Position numbers and translations under genes: made by a program
Source: Streptomyces rimosus subsp. rimosus
Lineage (GTDB): Bacteria > Actinomycetota > Actinomycetes > Streptomycetales > Streptomycetaceae
Direction: 5' to 3'
NCBI RefSeq assembly: GCF_000720725.1
Contig: NZ_JOCQ01000023.1
Span: 41,688 to 65,687 of the forward strand
Length of the DNA stretch: 24,000 bases
Shown here: positions 17,193 through 23,781 of the stretch, piece after piece
How positions within the stretch are numbered: position 1 is the stretch's first letter
Layout of the letters: every line of letters starts with the position of its first letter
Notes under the pieces: model-generated
What the model was told of the DNA's origin: nothing
Seen by the model: the letters and a program-made list of their open reading frames with translations, nothing else
Databases searched by the model: none

Positions 17193-18605
17193 TCAGTTGC
17201 CCGTGCCGAGAGTGAGCGGGCGGCCGCGGAGCAGACTGTGCATCCGCTCGGCCATCGACCCGATGTCCAGCATCATTTCCAGCGCGGTACGGGCCACCTG
17301 CTCCTCGGAGACGACCTCCGCCGCCAGGGAGAACATGACATTGCGCATCTCGTCCTTGAACACCTCGACCAGGGAGAGTTCCGGCGCCAGAAAACGCACC
17401 GAGCCCTCGACATTCGCGAACGCCTTGCCGAGGACGGCGACCGCCGGACTCGTCTTGATGCCGCGCCGGGTGGAACAGGTCAGTACGCGGGTGAGTGTCA
17501 CCCCGAAACTCAGCTCCTCCAGGGACGCACCGGCGACCTGCGGCACCAGGAGGGCCATGTCGGAGGCGAAGGCGTCGGGCTTCGCCCAGGATGTCGCGCG
17601 CCCCATCTCCATCCACGCCCGGGCCAGCCCGTGCCCGTCGCTCTGGGCCAGGGCCAGGAGAACGAGCACGAGCAGCATGCCGGTGCGCCGGTCCGTGCGT
17701 CCCACCATGCCCCAGTCGATCAGGGTGGCCTTCTCGCCGGGCGCGACGAACACATTGCCCGGGTGGAGGTCGGCGTGGAAGAACCGGTCGGTGAAGAAGC
17801 CGCGGAAGATGAACGTCAGCAGGTCACGTCCGATCGCCAGCCGCTCCCGCGGATCGAAGGCGTCACGCTTCGCGTACCGGATGGACCGGCCCGGGGCCAG
17901 GCTCTGCACCAGGACGCGCGGGGTGGCCAGCAGCACCTCCGGTACCGCGAGGTGGTCGAAGGGGGCGATGAGCCGGGCGGCCCGGCGCATGTTGCGCGCC
18001 TCGTTGACGAAGTCCAGCTCGGGGCGCATCGATTCGAAGAGCACATCGAGCATGGCCTCGATGTCGATCACTTCGGTGAAGCGGGGAGTGAGTCGGCCGG
18101 TGCGCCGGGCGGCCTTCCGCAGGAACGCCATGTCCTGGATCACCGTGTCGCGCACGCCCGGCCGCTGGATCTTGACCACGGCGGGCCGCCCGTCCGCGCG
18201 CGTGATCCGGTACACCTGCGCCAGGGAGGCGGCGCCCAGGGGTTTCTCGGTGTCGATGTCGCCCAACTTCCGGGGCCAGGTGGCGCCGAGTTCCGCCCGG
18301 AGCACCGGCTCCAGCGCGGAGAAGGGCAGTACCGACGCGCTGTCGTGCAGCTTCTCCAGTTCTGCGATCACATAGTCCGGGACGATGTCGGGGCGGGTGG
18401 ACAGCATCTGCCCGACCTTGATGTAGAACGGGCCGAGCTGCTCGAAGGCCCGGCGGATGCTCCGGGCCCGCTCCGCCTCGCGCCGCGCACGCTCGTCACC
18501 GGACCGGGCCCCCGCACCACGGCGGACACGGAAGGCCCGGGACGCCTCTTCGAGCGCCAGCTGCTTGAAAACCTGCGCAACGAGGCCAAGGCGGCCACCA
18601 CTCAT
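17193..18605 (-). CDS. ABC1/UbiB-family atypical protein kinase (AarF domain)
   Basis: The family signatures are the KxGQ motif (FYIKVGQMLSTRPDIVP), the Ala-rich loop (GAASLAQVYR), the catalytic loop (FFHADLHPGNVFV) and the DFG-equivalent (LIDWGMVG). Confidence 0.9.
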   Translation of the reverse strand: MSGGRLGLVAQVFKQLALEEASRAFRVRRGAGARSGDERARREAERARSIRRAFEQLGPFYIKVGQMLSTRPDIVPDYVIAELEKLHDSASVLPFSALEPVLRAELGATWPRKLGDIDTEKPLGAASLAQVYRITRADGRPAVVKIQRPGVRDTVIQDMAFLRKAARRTGRLTPRFTEVIDIEAMLDVLFESMRPELDFVNEARNMRRAARLIAPFDHLAVPEVLLATPRVLVQSLAPGRSIRYAKRDAFDPRERLAIGRDLLTFIFRGFFTDRFFHADLHPGNVFVAPGEKATLIDWGMVGRTDRRTGMLLVLVLLALAQSDGHGLARAWMEMGRATSWAKPDAFASDMALLVPQVAGASLEELSFGVTLTRVLTCSTRRGIKTSPAVAVLGKAFANVEGSVRFLAPELSLVEVFKDEMRNVMFSLAAEVVSEEQVARTALEMMLDIGSMAERMHSLLRGRPLTLGTGN

Positions 18606-18667
18606 GAGGGAACCGCCTCGCCGGTGAAACAGGAGAACAGCAGCGGACCGCCGAGGAACCGGAACGG

Positions 18668-19270
18668 TCAGGCACGCGGCGACGCACCGGAATCGGTGGC
18701 CTCCCGAGCTGTCGACGCGTCCCGCAAAGTTCCCACCAGGGCGGAGAGTTCGGACGTGAGTGTCCGCATCGTCTTCGCCACGTCCTCCTGACCGGCCGGC
18801 GCGCCGCCCCGCCGGGGCCGGCGCGACTCTTCGGCCGCCGGTCGGTGGTACGGCCCTTCCTCGTCGTCGTGGTCGCCGTAGCGCGGCCGTCGGCCGTGCT
18901 CGCGCGGGCGCCAGTGTTCGTCGTCCCGGTCGCGGTCCCGGCGTCGGCCGGAGTCCTCACGGTGCCGCCAATGGTCGTCCTCGCGGTCCCGCCGACGAGC
19001 GCCGTCCTCGCGATGCCGCCAGCCGTCGTCGTCCCGGTCCCGCCGGCGACCGCCGTCCTCACGGTGCCGCCAGCCGTCGTCGTCCCGGTCCCGCCGGCGG
19101 CCGTCGTCCTCACGGTGCCGCCATCCCTGGTCCCTGTGCCGCCGTCCCAGGTCGTCTTGCCCGTGCCAGCCGCGCCCGTCGTAGTCGATGATGTCGTCGA
19201 ACGCCACCTTCACATCGTCCGTGATGCCACCGACCAGATCCCTGAAGGTGTCACTGATGCTTTTGCCCAT
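18668..19270 (-). CDS. highly charged Arg/Asp/Glu/His/Trp tandem-repeat protein, unknown function
   Basis: The ORF is open with high GC3 and lies in an operon context. I prefer the ATG at 19270 (MGKSISDTF...), which follows AAAGGCGG, over the ATG at 19288. The centre holds 5-6 copies of a roughly 17-aa unit, GWRHREDxGRRRDRDDD. These are flanked by short predicted-helical N- and C-terminal segments. Confidence 0.7.
   Translation of the reverse strand: MGKSISDTFRDLVGGITDDVKVAFDDIIDYDGRGWHGQDDLGRRHRDQGWRHREDDGRRRDRDDDGWRHREDGGRRRDRDDDGWRHREDGARRRDREDDHWRHREDSGRRRDRDRDDEHWRPREHGRRPRYGDHDDEEGPYHRPAAEESRRPRRGGAPAGQEDVAKTMRTLTSELSALVGTLRDASTAREATDSGASPRA
18914..19171 (-). repeat. in-frame 51-nt (17-codon) tandem repeats inside the charged-protein gene
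   Basis: The units are 18914-18970 (57 nt), 18971-19021, 19022-19072, 19073-19123 (51 nt each) and a degenerate 19124-19171. Units 19022-19072 and 19073-19123 differ at only 2 of 51 positions. Confidence 0.85.
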
Positions 19271-19321
19271 GCGTGAGCCGCCTTTCATCGATATAGGTGA
19301 TCGACCGGTCCGACACCACGT

Positions 19322-19756
19322 CTACCGTTCGCGTTCGAGACGAAGCACGGTCCCATGGCGAATGCCGAGCCAAAGGGAGTGGTCGTCACCCCGGCCGTCC
19401 AGAAGGCAGCGACCGTAACGGTCGACGGAATCGTCGGAGCACACCCGGACCCAGACATTCTCCAACAGCCATGAGTCGCTGCCCACTTGCGCGGCCAGCC
19501 GGACATACACCGGATGCCGGTCGGTGTCGTCGAACGTCAGCCGCGGGGAACGCGGATCATTGGTGGACGCGTGGGTGACAGAGCTACCACGCCCCAGCGT
19601 GAAGAAGTTCCTGTCCCCCCGCCGGAAGTCGTCCTCGTCGACGTTGTCGAGCACGAACTCCCGTCCGCCGAGCCCCAGATAGACCAGGGCGTCGGTACCC
19701 GCGTCCGGTTCGCCCCCCGTCAGGATCTCCACCTCGATACTTTCGATGTCGGCCAT
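19322..19756 (-). CDS. stand-alone PLAT/LH2 (lipoxygenase-homology) beta-sandwich domain protein, 144 aa
   Basis: The PLAT signatures are IEVEILTGGEPDAGTDALVYLGLGG, DDFRRGDRNFF and SWLLENVWVRV. The ATG at 19756 is preceded by GAAGGAGG. The longer ORF-track start at 19852 adds a Gly/Cys/Arg-rich extension with no SD. Confidence 0.75.
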   Translation of the reverse strand: MADIESIEVEILTGGEPDAGTDALVYLGLGGREFVLDNVDEDDFRRGDRNFFTLGRGSSVTHASTNDPRSPRLTFDDTDRHPVYVRLAAQVGSDSWLLENVWVRVCSDDSVDRYGRCLLDGRGDDHSLWLGIRHGTVLRLERER

Positions 19757-20010
19757 CTCTCTCCCCTCCTTCGGCCGGGGCCGCAGTCGACCTGCGAACG
19801 ACTTCCGGCCTTCACTCCGACAGCAAATCCAGCATCCCCCGCCTCCACCCACAAGTCATCACCCACTAGGTGCTACCTTTGACGCCACGCGGTGAATTCA
19901 TTAAACATATCGAGGGATGGGCACGAAATAGCATCGGAGAATATCCGCCGCACCACACCCACGTTGCAGCTCGCACCCGTCCTCGCCATGGCCGCCTGGT
20001 GCGCCCGGTA

Positions 20011-20024
20011 ATCGATACATCGAT
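20011..20024. promoter_or_regulatory. ATCGAT-AC-ATCGAT dyad in the intergenic region upstream of the PLAT gene
   Basis: Two palindromic ATCGAT hexamers are spaced by 2 nt within the 357-nt gap (19757-20113). The gap also contains an AT-rich patch, gaattcattaaacatatcgag, at about 19893-19915. The function is unknown. Confidence 0.25.
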
Positions 20025-20113
20025 ATCTTCGGCCGCGGGCCGGCCAGGCCGGTCGAATCCTGGGCATCACGTCCGAAGCGCCGCCGAAAACTGCCGGTAT
20101 CCGGCCAGGCCTG

Positions 20114-21154
20114 TCAGGAGGTTCCGGTGAGGAGCGCGGCCCAGAGGACCGCTCCCGGGCCGAAGGCCAGAAGGATGCCGTACTCCCCCCGGCTCAGCGG
20201 GCGCCGGCTGCGGAGGCGGCGGAGGGTCATCAGGGCGCTGACGCCAGTGGTGTTGCCGTGTTCGGCCATCTCCTCGCGCGCGGCGCGGGTGGATACGGGG
20301 TCGAAGTCCAGGGTGTGGGCGACCTCGTCGATGATGCGGCGCCCGCCGGGGTGGAGGGCCCACCAGATGATGTCGGCGCGGGTGAGACCGTTCCGGGCGA
20401 GCAGGGGGGCGATCAGGTCGTCGACACGGGTGGCGAGGAATTCGGGGATGTCCTGGGGAACACGGACGTAAAGGCCGCTGTCGGTGGAAGCGATGACAAG
20501 ATCGTTCTCGCCCCGGGGGGCGATGACCGAGGCCATGTCGAGGATCTCCTGGCCGGGTGCCGTACCGGTCGGCGTCAGGACGGCCGCGGCGGCTCCGTCA
20601 CCGAAGAGGGCGTGGACGACCGCCCCTTCTTTGCCGTAGGGCGGTGGCTGGAGGTGGGGAGACATCGCCTCGGTGCAGATCGCGAGTGCGGGACGCCGGT
20701 GGTGTTCGACCCACAGGCGGGCGATGTCCACCGTGGGCATGGAGGCGTAGCACCCCATGGGGCCGAGGGTGTAGAGGGCCGTGTCGGGGTGGACACCGAG
20801 GCCGATGGCGATGTTGCTCAGGCCCTTGATCTGGTAGGCGGAGGAGGTGCTGACGACCACAGCACCGAGGTCGTGCGGTGCGAGGCCGGCGGTGCGCAGG
20901 ACCTTGCGCGCGGCCTCGTCGCCGTAGGTCACGCAGATGTCGACGGCCGCCCTCATCCGGCGGGTGTTGGACCAGGCGCGGGGGTCGGTGACGAGCGGAT
21001 TGACGGCGAACGCCTTGGTGACGATCCCCGACGCCTCGATGGTCTTGGCGACGATGTCCCCGCCCGCGTCACCATCCGTGAGTGCGGCGACGTCAGCCAT
21101 GGCGAGCAGCGGCGGAAAGGCGCCTTCGATGGCGCTCAGGGTTGCAGAGGGCAC
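20114..21154 (-). CDS. type III polyketide synthase (chalcone/stilbene-synthase superfamily), 346 aa
   Basis: The Cys-His-Asn triad sits in type III PKS contexts: GPMGCYASM, WWALHPGGRRII (HPGG rather than the FabH-type HxxN) and EHGNTTGVSAL. The GTG start at 21154 is preceded by GAAGGAGAA. Confidence 0.88.
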   Translation of the reverse strand: MPSATLSAIEGAFPPLLAMADVAALTDGDAGGDIVAKTIEASGIVTKAFAVNPLVTDPRAWSNTRRMRAAVDICVTYGDEAARKVLRTAGLAPHDLGAVVVSTSSAYQIKGLSNIAIGLGVHPDTALYTLGPMGCYASMPTVDIARLWVEHHRRPALAICTEAMSPHLQPPPYGKEGAVVHALFGDGAAAAVLTPTGTAPGQEILDMASVIAPRGENDLVIASTDSGLYVRVPQDIPEFLATRVDDLIAPLLARNGLTRADIIWWALHPGGRRIIDEVAHTLDFDPVSTRAAREEMAEHGNTTGVSALMTLRRLRSRRPLSRGEYGILLAFGPGAVLWAALLTGTS

Positions 21155-21306
21155 GGTTCTTCTCCTTCAGCGAGTCGGCGCTCACAGCGCCCCGGACCAC
21201 GAGAGCGGGACATCTCGCCAACGGTTCGCGGTCGACGGTGGGACCGGTAAGGAAGAGCGGCCGCGACCTTCTCGTCGCGCCTCGCCGCCACCGACACGCC
21301 GGAATT

Positions 21307-21340
21307 CGGCGGCCTTGGACGGCGGCCTTGTACGGCGGCC
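21307..21340. repeat. 13-nt tandem repeat, about 2.6 copies
   Basis: cggcggccttgga (21307-21319), cggcggccttgta (21320-21332), cggcggcc... (21333-21340). Confidence 0.8.
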
Positions 21341-21850
21341 CCGCCGACAGCGTCCGCCCCGCGACGCGCTCGCGGCTCACGCACGTCGCCTCACACCCGT
21401 CGGCGGCATCTGGGACCACTGCCGCCCCCGGAATCCACTATGACGGTCACAAGACCCTCACGGGAGGCGCACCCAGCCGCAGACGACTCACACACAATCT
21501 CCAAAGTGCTCCGCCACAATCGGCCACACCTCCTCGCACCACCCCGTAAGACGCACGGACTCCCCCATTCCGCCCTCCCGCGCGCCCCAGCCGAAACGAC
21601 ACTGCGCACTTGCGCCTGCCCACCCACCTGCCGCATGTGCCTGACACCGTCACCAGGCCGACACCTTGACCCCGGGGGGAGCGCGGTGTTCGACGTACCC
21701 CTTTGTTGCGCCTGCTGTCTGCCGAAAGACTCCGGCTGCTGCGGTCGAGGCCGGATTCACCGCCAATCACCATGGCGTCTCACCTTGACCGTTTCCTCGA
21801 CGAACTCAACGCTTCGGAAGCTGAATTGCGTGTCGAACGGTTCCCTCCGC

Positions 21851-21880
21851 TCGGGCACTCGTTCGGGCACTCGTTCGGGC
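21851..21880. repeat. 12-nt tandem repeat, 2.5 copies
   Basis: tcgggcactcgt (21851-21862), tcgggcactcgt (21863-21874), tcgggc (21875-21880). The two full copies are identical. Confidence 0.85.
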
Positions 21881-21898
21881 CGGTGATCGGCTGCGACT

Positions 21899-22384
21899 TC
21901 ACGCTGCGCGGGGCCCGCGCCGCCCCGACCGACTGGTGCTGGTCCCGCCCGGGCGCAACCCCCGAAACCTGCGTTGACCCACGCCAACACGGTACTGGGC
22001 ATCACCGAACTCACCCTGCCCGGCCAGCTCATCGAGGGGTGAGTGGTCTTGGCGGATGGCGCCCGCCACCGACTCGCCAGACCCCGACGCGTACCGGGAG
22101 CGGTACCTCGCCGTCGAACGTCGGCGGCTCCGCCCAGTCGGCCGGCGCCGATACGCTCTCACCGCCTGAGAATCGCCACAGCCGGCGATATCCGCGTCCA
22201 GCAGCACCATGTCTTCACCCGCGATCTCTCGGTGCCGCATATGCGGTGGGAAGGGCGCTCGCATGTGCTCTTCCCACCGCTGTGAAAGCAGGTTCAGTCC
22301 CGGTTCGCCCATATTCGCGATCATGCCCGAAATCCAGGCTCTGCGGAAAGGAGCACCCATAGAGCTGTCGGATGACCGTTTCAT
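21899..22384 (-). pseudogene. possible remnant of a small hypothetical protein gene
   Basis: The ATG at 22384 is preceded by GAGGAAG. The first roughly 75 codons look protein-like (MIANMGEPGLNLLSQRWEEHMRAPFPPHMRHREIAGEDMVLLDADIAGC). The rest is Arg/Ser/Gly-rich and resembles out-of-frame GC-rich sequence, and GC3 is mixed. I did not recognise a family with certainty. Confidence 0.3.
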
Positions 22385-22478
22385 CTGCTTCCTCGGCCAT
22401 GGACACCTGTCTGCCGCCCTGAGGACCACCTCACCCGGAACGAGCCGCACCCGAAGACTTCCTGACCGGCGGAGGCGA

Positions 22479-22522
22479 ACATCCGGCATACATCCGGCTC
22501 ACGTCCGGCACACATCCGGCTT
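22479..22522. repeat. 11-nt tandem repeat, 4 copies (ACATCCGGCNN)
   Basis: acatccggcat, acatccggctc, acgtccggcac, acatccggctt at 22479-22489, 22490-22500, 22501-22511 and 22512-22522. Confidence 0.85.
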
Positions 22523-22642
22523 ACGGCCTCGCCCGAATACGACAGGCGGGAGGTGCACAGGTAGCAGGTCACCAGCTCTTCTCCCGCCGGCCGCACAGCC
22601 ACGTCGCCGAAGTCGCCCTCCGCGGCAGCGGCTCGCGTGGCC

Positions 22643-22707
22643 CTTCAGGCTTCCTCTTCGGACTCCCTCTTCAGGCTTCCTCTTCAGGCTCCCTCTTCAG
22701 CGAACCT
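22643..22707. repeat. 13-nt tandem repeat, 5 copies (CTTCAGGCTNCCT), abutting or overlapping the DUF3291 stop codon
   Basis: cttcaggcttcct, cttcggactccct, cttcaggcttcct, cttcaggctccct, cttcagcgaacct at 22643, 22656, 22669, 22682 and 22695. The period is not a multiple of 3. Confidence 0.9.
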
Positions 22708-23254
22708 GGTCGCGCTTCGGTCCGATGCCTTTGGTCTTGGTCGGAGTTCCGTCCTGGGCGAACGAATGGTGGAAGGTGAAGGCGTGCGGCGTGGAACCGT
22801 TGTCGTGGAGGTGCTCCAGCCTGGAAACCCCGTCCTGCCAAGTGGGTATCACGCCGTCGGCGACCCACCAGAACACGTAACCCGGGTGTTCTGTCCTCTC
22901 GAACCAGTCGTAACGCCTGTTCAGCGCCGCACGGTGCAGACCGGTGTAGATGGCGTCGAAGACGGGGCGCAGGTCGGTCCAGAGCGAGAGCGTCGCGGCC
23001 AGGGCGATGGTTTCCGGCGTACGGCCTTTGCCGTACCAGGCCGGTACGGCGAACTCTCCCCAGATACCCCAGTCCAAGTCGAAGTGTGAGCCCCGTTCGC
23101 CGTCTGCCGCTTCGGCATGAGCGATGTATCCGGGGTGCCGGCTGATCTTCCGGTAGACAGCCTCACCCGTGTCGTAGAACTCGCGCGTGAGAGGCGCGCG
23201 ATCGGCGAGAGGTGACTTCAGAACACCGAATGTGTACAGAGCAAGATGGGACAT
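22697..23254 (-). CDS. DUF3291 domain protein (dimeric alpha/beta-barrel-like superfamily)
   Basis: The N-terminus MSHLALYTFGVLKSPLADRAPLTREFYDTGEAVYRKISRHPGYI and the overall 185-aa architecture match what I remember of the DUF3291 family. The ORF is clean with good GC3. Confidence 0.8.
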   Translation of the reverse strand: MSHLALYTFGVLKSPLADRAPLTREFYDTGEAVYRKISRHPGYIAHAEAADGERGSHFDLDWGIWGEFAVPAWYGKGRTPETIALAATLSLWTDLRPVFDAIYTGLHRAALNRRYDWFERTEHPGYVFWWVADGVIPTWQDGVSRLEHLHDNGSTPHAFTFHHSFAQDGTPTKTKGIGPKRDQVR

Positions 23255-23781
23255 GCTTCTCTTTCTGATTCGGGGTTCCTGGCGTGAACCCGGTTCGGTG
23301 GCCTACGCATGGGCGAGGATTCATGTGGCGTGCCAACGCATTCCGTCGCGGGGGCTCAGCCCGAACGAGCCCCCGTGCGACCGTGGGCAACCGCCGACGG
23401 CCAGGCGAAGATAGCTGCCTCTGCGGGCCATGTCGAAGTTGCGTTTTCCCTGCCCAAGTGGCTTCTTGTACAAGCCCTTGCGGGAACTGGGCGATGGCAC
23501 TGCTTGCCGGCGCGCGCTGTTTGGCGCGGGGCGGCGAGATGGCTGTCAATGCCGCAGTCGCTGGGGCTGCGGCCCACAAGCCACAGCCCCGTTCTCAGCG
23601 CGGCCTCTGCTCGGAGCCCGACGACCCAGCACGAGTACCAGGTTTGAGCATGGCTCCACCGGAGGGGGGACCGCAGAACTCCGCCACAAGTAGCGCCCGG
23701 GAAACATGGACCCGACGGCGGGTGACGGTTGCAGCAGTGACGGGCCTCGCGTGCGGTGCCGACTCGGGCTCCGGGGCGTGG

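Noticed and set aside
12248-18791. Very long plus-strand ORFs (12248-15454, 15494-17215, 16920-18791 and nested ones) opposite the PKS and UbiB genes
   Set aside because: All are antisense or alternative frames of genes with unambiguous domain motifs. Their composition is dominated by Arg/Gly/Pro/Asp. No SD-supported starts are present.
20051-20064. GGTCGAATCCTGGG, resembling the tRNA T-arm (GGTTCGAATCCTGT), as a possible att-site remnant of the tRNA-Cys
   Set aside because: Only about 12 nt are similar and there is an indel. It is in the opposite orientation to the tRNA and on the wrong side for a 3'-end integration repeat. The acceptor-stem part does not match, and no integrase is present.
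19873-20130. Small ORFs (65 aa minus strand, 86 aa plus strand) in the PLAT/type III PKS gap
   Set aside because: There is no SD, the composition is poor (Arg/Pro/His-rich), and GC3 is low and mixed. The region is more likely a promoter region.
21772-22362. Plus-strand ORF starting MASHLDRFLDELNASEAELRVERF, reminiscent of an FxLD-type lanthipeptide leader with downstream Cys residues
   Set aside because: The frame stays open for about 196 codons, whereas a precursor would end after a short core. GC3 decays after about 50 codons. It overlaps the minus-strand remnant, and no lanthipeptide or other RiPP maturation enzyme is in the window.
22479-22707. The repeat arrays as a possible CRISPR locus
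   Set aside because: The units are only 11 and 13 nt long and directly abut one another with no spacers. No cas genes are present.
23349-23375. 9-bp perfect hairpin (cgggggctc/gagcccccg) in the 527-nt gap between the DUF3291 and GNAT genes, as a terminator or sRNA
   Set aside because: It lies about 400 nt downstream of the GNAT stop and about 95 nt upstream of the DUF3291 start. It has no U-tract and I could recognise no flanking conservation. The ORFs in the gap (23430-23693 plus strand, 23163-23579 minus strand) are not credible. The evidence is insufficient to call a feature.
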